Shown one piece after another: positions 45,722 to 55,644 of a stretch of DNA of 64,000 bases (position 1 is its first letter; every line of letters starts with the position of its first letter). The stretch covers positions 1 through 64,000 of the IMG/VR virus record IMGVR_UViG_3300025949_000022; one strand, written 5' to 3'. Made by a program: the position numbers and the translations under genes. The stretch comes from a virus. The notes under the pieces were generated by a model. That model was not told the origin of the DNA and made no database searches. It saw only the letters and a list, made by a program, of their open reading frames with translations.

Positions 45722-48061
45722 CTAACTTGCCTTTCTCGGTTCAAGCAACGATTTTAATCTTATCTCCTGCAATCTCCCCTGATTTTTAATAATCTCTGTT
45801 TGAATTGCCTGTTGCGCTGCAGCTTGTGATTTCTGTTGTTGTAAAGCAGCTTCATTTTGTAATTCCTGTTGCTGCAATTGTGCATCTGCCTGTGCTTTTT
45901 GTCCTTGTGATTGCTGCTGAACTGCGCCGTTCTGCTGAATAGCCGCCTGCTGCTCCTGTTTCGCTTCGGCCTGACGTTTATTTACCGCAAACGCTGTATA
46001 AATTTGTGCCTGCTTTAACTTATCAGAGCGAATCATAGCCTCAATTATTAAAAAGTCGTTTTCACTCATTGAAGCAAGTCCGCCTTGCCTTGCCGCACTT
46101 CTCATATTCATTAAATCCTGCAACATTTGCTCTTTGTCTGAACTATCAAGTCCAGGAGAAATCTGAACAGCAAAATCATAATCAAATATCTTCTCGCTAA
46201 TAGAAACAATTTCCAACGATCTTGATATAGATAACTTTTTCTTTTGCTCTGGAGTAGCGTATTTAGCCACACACTGCCATTTTGAAGCCACCACCTCATA
46301 GGTGCCTTGTGTCATTTGTTCAGTAGCGTTTATAAGCGGTGTAAGGGAGTTTTGTGAGCCCTGAAGTAATAATTTAGATACACCCAATCCCATGTCCTCA
46401 CGGGGCGTTTGCGCGGCGAAAATATCATTTATGCCTGTTACCTTTTCAATCATTCCTATTACGCGGCCCATATCTTCCCACCATGCCGATATAATTTGCA
46501 TTAAGTCAGTTCCTATTGGTGTTATTGGCCGACTTCCGCCTGATTGGTTTTGCCCCCATTGGTTTTTATCGTCAATAAGCAGGTATCCCTCGTCCTGTAG
46601 TAGTTTTAATAATTGCTGTGGTTTGTAAGATACGCCGTCTATCTTCATTCCCTCTAATGCCCCTTTATTAATGGCAAGGTTTGGCGGTGCAGGCATTTTG
46701 GCGCGCGCTACGCGGAGTTTTAACATGATAAGCTGTGCATCATCCACAAAAGGAATAGCGCGCTCTATGATGCTCGTTGAGCCTGTACGGGCAAATCTTA
46801 GCGGGAATATCGGCCATTTTTTACCGCCCTCTGATTTATAGTTAATGTCGGTATCTTCTCCCTGCTCAAATACATATGCCGATCCTAAAACCATTGAGGC
46901 TTTATAAATGGTCATATTTGTAAAGCTATCCAGTATCTTGCCTTTTTTGTTTGACACTTTAGATAGGTCGTAACTGGCATCTACCTTGTTTACAACTAAG
47001 GTTCCGTTGTCGCGCGTTACGCTTGTCAGGTTTATTTGCTTGCTGCCAATCCAGTATCCGCGAAATACATCAACCTCAATCTGATCGATCATTTTAAAGT
47101 CGAACTGCTGGTTATCGGATGTTAGATTGGCATAAAATCCGGGGATGTTACCGGTTGAATATTTTCGCGCTATCTCAACAATTTGTTTGTTGGTTAGCTT
47201 GCTTGTCCGGCGCAATTCTGAAATGCTTATTTTCTCCCAGTAGCCACCCCATGATATATCGCGGTAATCCCTGTATTTTGATTGTGGAAATACGGCATGG
47301 GCTATATCAATATAACTTTCTTCTACTTCATTGGTGTTTGGATTAGTGAAAACCCTGCGGCCACTATAGGCGGCGGTTATCATATCGTCGTTAATCAAAT
47401 CCTCAATGCCGGTAGTTTTGCTAATGTATCGTGTGTTGTCGATTAAAGTTTCAAGGGCGCTTTCTTCCTCCAGCATAAATAATCCTATACTTTGCGCTAA
47501 ATCTACATCCTGTGGTGAGTTGATCGGAACTGAATTATTGGCTACCGGAAGTTTGGGCTTTACGAGATTTACAGTATGATTTGTGTTAAGTGTTGAGAGT
47601 ATATTTCCAAGCCTGATATCAGTTACAATCTTTGCTATGGCAACCTTTGACTTCTTATCTATTAACGCCTCGTAATCGTTAGCTTGTACGCCAATATCGA
47701 GCTTATTTTTCATTAAAAAACCAAGCACTGCATCCGCTTTTTGTGGAAGCACTTGTGTCATGGCCCATGATATATTTAAAGTGGTTTTACGCTCTCCGCT
47801 TTGGTCTGGCGCACCTACCATCCAGTTCTTATATTTGTTAACGCTATTAGTGCCGTGCCGGTACGCTCTTAACTCTGCTATTGAACGGCGTTCTGCACCC
47901 CATCCATCATAAGGTAAAGCGCATCTGTTCATAAAGTATTTTGAACACATCGCGTTTAATGCGGCTAAGAAATAACCATCGTCTTTTACAGGGTTTGCTT
48001 CGTCGGGAAATGGATAGCCATTTTCTGAAATATATTTATTTGCGAATTTCGGTTTTTCCAT
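45722..48061 (-). CDS. Portal protein
   Basis: LRAYRHG...LNISW...; IEKVTGIND; Q-rich C-terminus; follows terminase. Confidence 0.88.
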   Translation of the reverse strand: MEKPKFANKYISENGYPFPDEANPVKDDGYFLAALNAMCSKYFMNRCALPYDGWGAERRSIAELRAYRHGTNSVNKYKNWMVGAPDQSGERKTTLNISWAMTQVLPQKADAVLGFLMKNKLDIGVQANDYEALIDKKSKVAIAKIVTDIRLGNILSTLNTNHTVNLVKPKLPVANNSVPINSPQDVDLAQSIGLFMLEEESALETLIDNTRYISKTTGIEDLINDDMITAAYSGRRVFTNPNTNEVEESYIDIAHAVFPQSKYRDYRDISWGGYWEKISISELRRTSKLTNKQIVEIARKYSTGNIPGFYANLTSDNQQFDFKMIDQIEVDVFRGYWIGSKQINLTSVTRDNGTLVVNKVDASYDLSKVSNKKGKILDSFTNMTIYKASMVLGSAYVFEQGEDTDINYKSEGGKKWPIFPLRFARTGSTSIIERAIPFVDDAQLIMLKLRVARAKMPAPPNLAINKGALEGMKIDGVSYKPQQLLKLLQDEGYLLIDDKNQWGQNQSGGSRPITPIGTDLMQIISAWWEDMGRVIGMIEKVTGINDIFAAQTPREDMGLGVSKLLLQGSQNSLTPLINATEQMTQGTYEVVASKWQCVAKYATPEQKKKLSISRSLEIVSISEKIFDYDFAVQISPGLDSSDKEQMLQDLMNMRSAARQGGLASMSENDFLIIEAMIRSDKLKQAQIYTAFAVNKRQAEAKQEQQAAIQQNGAVQQQSQGQKAQADAQLQQQELQNEAALQQQKSQAAAQQAIQTEIIKNQGRLQEIRLKSLLEPRKAS

Positions 48062-48097
48062 TTTGCGTAGTATGCTTAATGGGTGATAAAGATACTG

Positions 48098-50212
48098 TTA
48101 AACTTTATTATAAACAAACCATGTATTTTCTTTCGCATCACGCAAATCTTCGCCGGGATAACTTAGATATTGTTTATCTCTTGCGATTAATCCCCAGCCA
48201 AAAGCCGTACCTAAATCTTTTTTAGTCCTCACCTTTTTTGAACGGTTCATTGTTAACAAATCTGCGATAATTCTTTTATGCTTAATCGCGTTTGAAAAGT
48301 TCATTACGTAAGATGATATTAAAGAAAAGAATTGATTGATCGTATCTTCTGTTGCGGGTGTTCCTACCTGCTTAATATTTTTGGCTGCATACCCTGTATG
48401 GTCGAAGGTATCTTCCGGCCTGTCCATTAAATACATTGAATATCCTCTTGCCCTAAAGTAGCTTTTAATAGCCCGTTTATTATTTTCCACGTTCATTTGT
48501 GTGCCGTAATAAACGTGCATCATTAACATGTCTTCAAAAAATACATTTGGGTCGCCCTCGCGGAATAAATAATCGGCTACTACCTGATTCGTTTCCCAGT
48601 TCCATCCTAAATCAAATGGCGTGCCGTCATCGTGCTTTTTTGCTCCGTCAATATTATCGTCGTACATACGGAAAATAATACCCGCACCTTTCGAAGCTCT
48701 GGCCTTATCTACTATTTCGTCAATGTCATGTTCAAACGGGTCACATGCGCCTCTATACCTGCGTATATTACCCGGTAATCGTATTCCTGCGCTGCTGATC
48801 TCACATAAATTATCGTTCCCATCCTTTAGCAGGTATGATACTTCCCATTTACCGTCTACGCATGGCTCAAAAACAACTTTTGTATCTCTTTGGCCGTTTA
48901 CCCAAACAAAGTTTCCTGTTACCGTCCAGTCTTTAGGCTCAAACCCATAGGATTCAGGATATTCAAGCCGTCTTGATATGTCCTGTAGGTTTTCTTTGTT
49001 AAATGCCGTCTTTTCACCGCTGGGTGTTAGCGCATCCTCGATTTTTAGCGGCGACTTTCTTAACAGGTTGCCTATTGCTTTTTCATTGCCCCTTGCCCGT
49101 AAGTTTGCGATTTCATTTTCAAGGTGTTTTTTTGCTTCTTCACGCTTCGGGTATCCAAAATCGTCAGTATCCGCACCATCTTCGGCTGATAGAAATACCC
49201 GCCATACACCTGTTGTTGTCCGTCCGTTTTCGTTAAGGTCGTTGGGGTCGCTATCTTTCCAAAAACGGTTTACCTCGTCTATTTGTTCATCACTTACTTC
49301 CTCAATAGATGATTCTATCCAGCATTTACCTATAATTTCTGCACCGTTAAAATAATGCAGGGTAGGTTTAAATACTTCCCACCATGTGATAAGTGACATT
49401 GTTTCCAGCTTACCAGCTTCATTCAATATGCCCCTGTTGGTTTCCTGTCCATCATAGGCACTCGCTTTCGCCGGTTCAAAGTCAATTTTAGAACCTATTT
49501 CTTCTTCGCTGTACTTTACCTCTTCTTCTTCGGCATCCATACCGGCTTTGCCGCGCATTTTAGCGTCGGTCATCCGTTCGGATGGATAGGAAAACTCCAA
49601 ACGGTCTTCAGGATCATCGCTACCCTTATGAACCGGCTTCATAAACCATATCATCTTTTTGTTTGCGCGGGTGATGCGTTTAAAGTTCTTATAGGCTTCT
49701 TCGTCGTTCTTTGATTGGTTATGTCCCTGAACGTTTCTAACGCGCGTACAGAACTCGTATTCCTCACCAAGCGTAAACTCTGTCTTCCCTAACCTTCGTG
49801 GGCCGACAAGAAATAACCCGTAACAATTGGGATCCCTTACAACCATATTCCACAACTGGAAAATGTGGCATTGAACTATTCTAAAGTCAGCATGTTTATT
49901 GGTTTTTGTCCACCAATAGTTTAAAAAGAAGTAGTATGGGCCGGTGATATAAACAGGTTCACCCTTTATGAGTATCCAAACGCCGTTCCTGCGCTTGTGC
50001 CATTCATTCGCTATCCATTCTTCTTCCTCGCGAGTAACCCTGTTCTTTCTTTGGAGTAGTGATTTTGGTATTTCGACGTGCCTGAACTTTTGTTGCTTTT
50101 CCGGCAGACCATAGTTTATCATTTGGGTTTTAGGCGGCATTTTAGGCAGCGGTATCTTATAGCCTCCAAACTCCGTATATCCACCTATCGCCCTCCAGTC
50201 TGCCGTGTACAT
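48098..50212 (-). CDS. terL: Terminase large subunit
   Basis: YITGPYYFFLNY, GPRRLGKT Walker A, LNEAGK, GACDP, VENNK nuclease motifs. Confidence 0.92.
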   Translation of the reverse strand: MYTADWRAIGGYTEFGGYKIPLPKMPPKTQMINYGLPEKQQKFRHVEIPKSLLQRKNRVTREEEEWIANEWHKRRNGVWILIKGEPVYITGPYYFFLNYWWTKTNKHADFRIVQCHIFQLWNMVVRDPNCYGLFLVGPRRLGKTEFTLGEEYEFCTRVRNVQGHNQSKNDEEAYKNFKRITRANKKMIWFMKPVHKGSDDPEDRLEFSYPSERMTDAKMRGKAGMDAEEEEVKYSEEEIGSKIDFEPAKASAYDGQETNRGILNEAGKLETMSLITWWEVFKPTLHYFNGAEIIGKCWIESSIEEVSDEQIDEVNRFWKDSDPNDLNENGRTTTGVWRVFLSAEDGADTDDFGYPKREEAKKHLENEIANLRARGNEKAIGNLLRKSPLKIEDALTPSGEKTAFNKENLQDISRRLEYPESYGFEPKDWTVTGNFVWVNGQRDTKVVFEPCVDGKWEVSYLLKDGNDNLCEISSAGIRLPGNIRRYRGACDPFEHDIDEIVDKARASKGAGIIFRMYDDNIDGAKKHDDGTPFDLGWNWETNQVVADYLFREGDPNVFFEDMLMMHVYYGTQMNVENNKRAIKSYFRARGYSMYLMDRPEDTFDHTGYAAKNIKQVGTPATEDTINQFFSLISSYVMNFSNAIKHKRIIADLLTMNRSKKVRTKKDLGTAFGWGLIARDKQYLSYPGEDLRDAKENTWFVYNKV

Positions 50213-50742
50213 CAGATAGTCGTTTTACTTTCCGCAAAGCGTTCCGCAAATTGCAGTAGCCTTGCTGTTTCTTCCCTCACCACTTTTCTTGTCTGCGCAT
50301 CGGGAAATATCTGTCTTTCGTAATCAACCAGTGACTTGTGTATTGCAGGAAGCTGTTTTTCCACATTTAGGCGCTCTCTAACGGACTTTTCTATGTCATC
50401 CGTATTCATAGGGCTTCGGATAAACATCGTTAACTGGTGAAAGTTTATGAGCTTTGATTGCCAAATCACAAAGGCCAGGTTATCCATCATCATAAATAAC
50501 GCTGTCGCTATTTTGTTGTACTCTTTGTTTTCGCCGGATAATATGTCGGGGTATTCTGCCTTTAGGTGTTTGAGTACTTTAGCCAGCCTTGCGTCATAGT
50601 CGTCACGGTCGGCCTGTAGAAATGGGCTGTCCTCGGATATCATTAAAATAACTACCCGTAATAACTTATCATCCTCTGTTATGCCCTGCAGTGTCGCGTA
50701 CTTCTCGCACATTGGCTCTTTGCAGGATGTATCATATCTCAT
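50212..50742 (-). CDS. Putative terminase small subunit
   Basis: Helical 176 aa directly upstream of terL; ends FAERFA. Confidence 0.5.
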   Translation of the reverse strand: MRYDTSCKEPMCEKYATLQGITEDDKLLRVVILMISEDSPFLQADRDDYDARLAKVLKHLKAEYPDILSGENKEYNKIATALFMMMDNLAFVIWQSKLINFHQLTMFIRSPMNTDDIEKSVRERLNVEKQLPAIHKSLVDYERQIFPDAQTRKVVREETARLLQFAERFAESKTTI

Positions 50743-51542
50743 ACTAATTCAGCCTCCTTGCTATTAGCCTTTTTCGATTCCCAATCCTTAACTATCTCTA
50801 GAATATCGGTATAGTTCCCCCAAATATCTTTACGGTGCGCTACCTCTATATCACGTAAGTCCTCGTTGCCGACCTCATATGATATGCGGAAGCCCCGTTT
50901 TTTCATTAGTAATATTCTATCTCCCTTTTGCAGGGGCATATCTGGTTCGTGTTCGCGCTCCAAATGCGCACGGCATTTTTCGTCAGCCGCAAGCACTGTA
51001 GCGGTATTCATTTCGTACTTATCATGGGTACGAACTAATAATATCCCACTATTCAATTCCAATTTATCAGGCAGTTGGTCGCGCAGGAAGAATATATACC
51101 CATTAACCGGACACAGGTCGCCGTCACGATACACGCCATATATCCTATCTTGTCTAACAAGTACGCATAATCCATGTTCTTCGGTACGTACTAATCTGCA
51201 TTCAGTTTCTACATCGATCTGTTCCCTATAATCAAAAAATACCTTTTCGCCTACCTGAACATCGAACGGCGCATCAAATTCAAGTGAATTTCGAACCATT
51301 GCATTAAATTCATCACCGCTTCCATCACCCTTATTAGCAAAAAACCATGTTTCTTTTGGTAGCATGATAACCGTACCACTTATGGATAGATATTTTGACT
51401 TATCCTGATTGAAATATGATAACTGTATGCTTACCTTTCCGTCAGGGGTTGGTATCTCTACAAAATCATAGTTCGGATCGGCTTTTATTAGCACGAAATT
51501 GTAAGGAGTAATTGCAGTTTTTATATCAATAGTTGGAATCAT
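50739..51542 (-). CDS. Tandem GroES-like protein
   Basis: Two units: PYNFVLIK..GTVI..VQVGEKV and PVNGYIF..NSGILL..ATVL..LQKGDRI. Confidence 0.7.
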   Translation of the reverse strand: MIPTIDIKTAITPYNFVLIKADPNYDFVEIPTPDGKVSIQLSYFNQDKSKYLSISGTVIMLPKETWFFANKGDGSGDEFNAMVRNSLEFDAPFDVQVGEKVFFDYREQIDVETECRLVRTEEHGLCVLVRQDRIYGVYRDGDLCPVNGYIFFLRDQLPDKLELNSGILLVRTHDKYEMNTATVLAADEKCRAHLEREHEPDMPLQKGDRILLMKKRGFRISYEVGNEDLRDIEVAHRKDIWGNYTDILEIVKDWESKKANSKEAELV

Positions 51543-51544
51543 AT

Positions 51545-52480
51545 TTATAAAGTTAATAAACTATTTTGCCTTAGTAAATTTATTTTTGACAACAGTAAAT
51601 TTTCCTCAACATATCCTACCGCTTCGTAGTGAGAAGAACCGTTTGGAAACTCTGTCATTGGATGCACATAAGGCAGGTTAAATTCAGGCAAATTATTACT
51701 GCCAAAATATTCAGCGCCAGCCCATGTTGCCTCAAGAAAACTTATGTTGCTCTTTCCCCTGTTTAATGGCGTGTCGCATAACGGGAAAATCATAGCTTTA
51801 GGCTTTAACCGTTTTAAGTAATCGAAGTATTGCATTATCGGCATACACTCTACCGAATAGTAGTTACCTATACCTGCTTTATCCAACGCCATTTCTAACT
51901 TAATAAACCTATGACCTATAAAGTAGAAATCGAGGTTGTTATTATCGGCTATCATCGCCATTATCTGATCAAAGTTTTCGTAAACATCAGCCTCATGCGT
52001 CATACCTCCGCGCCATACTACTTTATTGCTTGTGGTGTTGGCGGCGCTACATTGTCCCAATATATAATCGTTAAGCGCATTAGGAATTACTATGCCGCGT
52101 CCGAATGATAAAGCAATATTATTTGTGCTTACCCAAACCTCATCGGCGGTATCAATCATTTCTAAAATAATATACTTCTGTTCTTTGTATTGCTGGTACA
52201 CCGGGGAGTAAGCATCAACGTGCAAAACATCGTCGTCATATTCTACTATTACCTTAATTCCGCACTTCTTTGCAAGCCTAATCATTTTCATGTGATCGGG
52301 CGTACATGGACGTTGCATAATCAAGATATCAACAGACGCTAAATCCCATTGTGTAATGTGACCGAAATGGGAAATATCACGTAGATGAATGTCGGGATGA
52401 TTGATAAATGGAAGCACCCCAGTAGTGCGGTAAAAATCGGTATTGCTCCAGATAGTTTGTGAATAATAGAGTACTTGCAT
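51545..52480 (-). CDS. GT-B (GT4-like) glycosyltransferase
   Basis: ILIMQR, VEYDDD, ADEVWVST, VIPNA, VWRGG, PLCDTPLNRGKSNISFLEAT. Confidence 0.85.
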   Translation of the reverse strand: MQVLYYSQTIWSNTDFYRTTGVLPFINHPDIHLRDISHFGHITQWDLASVDILIMQRPCTPDHMKMIRLAKKCGIKVIVEYDDDVLHVDAYSPVYQQYKEQKYIILEMIDTADEVWVSTNNIALSFGRGIVIPNALNDYILGQCSAANTTSNKVVWRGGMTHEADVYENFDQIMAMIADNNNLDFYFIGHRFIKLEMALDKAGIGNYYSVECMPIMQYFDYLKRLKPKAMIFPLCDTPLNRGKSNISFLEATWAGAEYFGSNNLPEFNLPYVHPMTEFPNGSSHYEAVGYVEENLLLSKINLLRQNSLLTL

Positions 52481-52544
52481 AATGAAATAAATAATATATC
52501 TTTACGTGCAGTTTAAGATATTATTCATTTCAATTCATTTCATT

Positions 52545-52766
52545 ATGGCAGCAACTAACATGATCTCCCTATCGGTTCAACAAATAGGGACAACACCACC
52601 ATCAAAACTACATCGTATTGGGGTAGCCTCAATACTTGATGTGTTAGATTTTACAGACACTAATTTCCCATTTATTAAGTCTGTAGTCTTTACCAGTAAT
52701 CCCGTTTTATCACGGTTATATGTTAACGAATCGGCATCCGCTATTGAGACAACAATTAACAGTTAA
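52545..52766 (+). CDS. Small protein, possible virion decoration
   Basis: Start re-called to MAATNM; antisense insertion with own TATCTTTA box. Confidence 0.5.
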   Translation: MAATNMISLSVQQIGTTPPSKLHRIGVASILDVLDFTDTNFPFIKSVVFTSNPVLSRLYVNESASAIETTINS

Positions 52767-52771
52767 AACAC

Positions 52772-53140
52772 TTATTCTCCCTCGCTGCCTGAATCGGCGG
52801 GGGGGTTTATTAAATCGCTCGGCACTTCAACTAAAACACCATAATAAACCTTGCTGTCTGTGAACCTGATATGTTCGATACTGCCAGTAGTTTCACCTAC
52901 CGTAACCGTTTCTCCAATTTTGTACTTAGCTGGTAATTCCATTACATTCTTTTTATGTCCTAACATTGGGTTTTCAACTACAAATATATCGTTACTTTCA
53001 AAGTGTTTAATCTGCCCGTTACTATTTAAGCTAACTACCCAAATCGAATTTATATTTATTGAATAATCAATAACTAATAAAGCCCATCCTTTTCCCAATG
53101 GTGTTTTCACTTCGATAGGTGGATTGAGTTGGATAATCAT
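52772..53140 (-). CDS. Hypothetical phage protein
   Basis: QLNPPIEVKTPLGKGWA..IDY motif. Confidence 0.65.
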   Translation of the reverse strand: MIIQLNPPIEVKTPLGKGWALLVIDYSININSIWVVSLNSNGQIKHFESNDIFVVENPMLGHKKNVMELPAKYKIGETVTVGETTGSIEHIRFTDSKVYYGVLVEVPSDLINPPADSGSEGE

Positions 53141-53847
53141 TTCCGCCGGTAAACCATAATGTGAATCACATTTGCTACGAACTCAAACTCTTTAGCTATG
53201 TCAGTCTGTAACCATTCATCTAAAGCCTTGCATACGGGTTCAATGCCTTGAAAGTAACCAAATGGCTGATGTGTTGAACAAGCGGCGTCATCAACGACTA
53301 AAAAGCCACCTGATTTCACCATTGGGGCGTAGGTAGTTAGGTCAGCAAGCGCACCTTCGTAACTGTGATCGCCGTCAATGTATGCCACATCGTATTCGCG
53401 CCTTGCGCGTTCAATTACCTCTTCGTCTGCAGAATATCCTTGCACTATCAGGGGTAGTTTAATATAAACAAGGTCGCTGTTAAACTTTTTGTAAATCGTG
53501 TTTAGATGCTCCCAATAATCATCGCCAGTCCACCCAGTTCCAACCCCGTTCATCGGAGAAACGCCCCACACGTTGGCAAATGGTTTTAGTTTTTGCCACA
53601 AGCTCAATGTAGCCCCTTTAAACACACCAACCTCTAACATATTCGGGTCGTCTGGCAACTCGTCACAAATAAGCTTCCATAACCACCAAAAGCTGCGTTC
53701 ACCAAAGCCAAACACATTTTGCTCCACCCAATCGCGGTGTTCTTTAAGAACCGCGTCGGCATTTACCTTTTCGCAAAAGCTTTCATGTATCTGCTTATGG
53801 TAGTCGGGTTCGTCTACCCACGAATTTTTTAGGTCGGTTAGTGTCAT
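53137..53847 (-). CDS. Class I SAM-dependent methyltransferase (Methyltransf_24-like)
   Basis: LEVGVFKGAT, YIDGDHSYE, GGFLVVDD. Confidence 0.9.
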   Translation of the reverse strand: MTLTDLKNSWVDEPDYHKQIHESFCEKVNADAVLKEHRDWVEQNVFGFGERSFWWLWKLICDELPDDPNMLEVGVFKGATLSLWQKLKPFANVWGVSPMNGVGTGWTGDDYWEHLNTIYKKFNSDLVYIKLPLIVQGYSADEEVIERARREYDVAYIDGDHSYEGALADLTTYAPMVKSGGFLVVDDAACSTHQPFGYFQGIEPVCKALDEWLQTDIAKEFEFVANVIHIMVYRRK

Positions 53848-54062
53848 TTCTTTATCTCCCTTGTTATGATTTCTACTATTCGTTCCACATGTTCATTATA
53901 AACACCAACTGGATAAGACGGGTATTTGATTACTATAGAAATATCGTTAATCATTACGGCTATTTCAATCGGAAATCTTAGCTGTTCATTTATTTTTTGT
54001 GGTTTTTCTTTAAAGAGGCTCATAGCTTTATCAATTTTTCCCGTAAATGGTTTTAAATCCAT
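53844..54062 (-). CDS. Hypothetical protein
   Basis: Packed ORF. Confidence 0.45.
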   Translation of the reverse strand: MDLKPFTGKIDKAMSLFKEKPQKINEQLRFPIEIAVMINDISIVIKYPSYPVGVYNEHVERIVEIITREIKK

Positions 54063-54270
54063 CTTTTATATACCAAAACTTCCCGTCTTTATTAACTTTC
54101 ATGTGCCTAATTTTATGCCGAAATGGAAATTTAAAATTCCAATAATATTCATAGTGGTAATCAAAATTTACAAATACATGCGTTGGTTCCTTAAATCCAT
54201 ATGGATTATTGTAAGCCATATCGTTAAACGGTAAATTCACGTAATGTCTATATGCTTCTTGCCAGTTCAT
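54031..54270 (-). CDS. Hypothetical protein
   Basis: Packed ORF. Confidence 0.45.
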   Translation of the reverse strand: MNWQEAYRHYVNLPFNDMAYNNPYGFKEPTHVFVNFDYHYEYYWNFKFPFRHKIRHMKVNKDGKFWYIKDGFKTIYGKN

Positions 54271-54935
54271 AATTTCATTAAGTTATCAAGTTTCTCATCA
54301 ACAGTGCGCCCATTTTTATGCACGAATATTGGTTCGTTGCCTAATATTTGGAGGCGTCCGTTTTCATACCCGTATTCGTTTTCGTGGATGAAAGAATGTG
54401 AGTTAAAAAGTATTTGGTTACAATCAATCTCAATAGGCCGGTATCTTTCCCTTTGGTCTTGCGTTAAATATACCATAGTTGCCCAAAGCTGGTCGTCATT
54501 TTCAAAATCAACAGGCAAAGAATCGATTAACACGATAAACCAGTCCGATTTGGCGTAATACAATCCACTATTTACAAATCTAAACGGAGAGGTATTATCT
54601 AAATCGGGGGCGGCTTTGTAAAACTTATCAATTTGCGGAATTGGCCAGCATCCTTTTTCAGCACTGAATATCACGCGCGTATGAAAGTTAAATCCGTTTA
54701 GCTTCTCCCTAAACTCATCCTCGCCTCCAAGCGCCAGCACATCAAAAGCATCACAAAAAATAAACTCTGTAACATCAGGGTTGGATTTAAGATAATTGTA
54801 CGTTTCGATAAGTTTAGTTCCGAAGCCTTTCCATTCTGCCTCTATCACTACGTAATCCCACTTATTAGCTACTAATGAGCGGATAAGTGGGCCTGCGTGT
54901 TGAGGGGAGTTGGTTACGGTTATTACTTTAAGCAT
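54267..54935 (-). CDS. PLOD/LH3-type glycosyltransferase domain protein
   Basis: KVITV, IFCDAFDV, IFSAEKGCWP, FVNSGLY, DDQ, IDCNQILF, VHKNG match the procollagen lysyl hydroxylase GT domain pattern. Confidence 0.85.
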   Translation of the reverse strand: MLKVITVTNSPQHAGPLIRSLVANKWDYVVIEAEWKGFGTKLIETYNYLKSNPDVTEFIFCDAFDVLALGGEDEFREKLNGFNFHTRVIFSAEKGCWPIPQIDKFYKAAPDLDNTSPFRFVNSGLYYAKSDWFIVLIDSLPVDFENDDQLWATMVYLTQDQRERYRPIEIDCNQILFNSHSFIHENEYGYENGRLQILGNEPIFVHKNGRTVDEKLDNLMKL

Positions 54936-55038
54936 AAAAGAATTATATCTATAATTTTAACTATGATTATGTAAAACACCATTAGCCCTACGTGATTATT
55001 AAGGTAGTTATTGAATATTCGCCAATAGTCAGGTTTAT

Positions 55039-55644
55039 TTACTTTTTCTGCCATAATCCCTTTTTTAAGCCCATTTTTACTTCAGTCCAGCCAAGTTGTT
55101 TAAACAATTTTTGAACGGGCTTTATGTCTACGAAATCTTCTGTCACGTCATCTACGCAAATCGTTGCACCGCTATCCATGCGTTTATCAAACCAAGTAAT
55201 TTCATTATACAAAGCTGCGACCGTATGTGTTCCGTCCAAATGCACCATAGCATATTTATTACATCTTACAGATTCCAGTTCATATAATTCAACTCCGTGC
55301 GGGTACAAAAGAAAATATTCCGTATCTGTCATTCTCATTGGCATCCATTGCACGTTCTTATCTAACACATAAGCCGACATAGCTGCCATACAACGCTTTG
55401 CCATGTCGTTTGTATAATCTAACCTGCACGGCCCATTTGGTTCGCGCCCAGTGTACAATATCGATCCGTACGGGTCTATTCCAATTACAGTACTTCCCGG
55501 CCGATGTTCACAAGCGGCATCAACAATATATTTAGTCCCCATCCCCATGCGTACGCCAACCTCAACAAGTAAGCCCTCAACATCTTTCGATAACTCTACC
55601 GCTTCGGTTAAGAACTCATATTCACCACTGTCGCCTTCGATCAT
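55039..55644 (-). CDS. Class I SAM-dependent methyltransferase (TylF/Methyltransf_24-like)
   Basis: VEVGVRMG, GIDPY, VHLDGTH, ICVDD. Confidence 0.85.
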   Translation of the reverse strand: MIEGDSGEYEFLTEAVELSKDVEGLLVEVGVRMGMGTKYIVDAACEHRPGSTVIGIDPYGSILYTGREPNGPCRLDYTNDMAKRCMAAMSAYVLDKNVQWMPMRMTDTEYFLLYPHGVELYELESVRCNKYAMVHLDGTHTVAALYNEITWFDKRMDSGATICVDDVTEDFVDIKPVQKLFKQLGWTEVKMGLKKGLWQKK

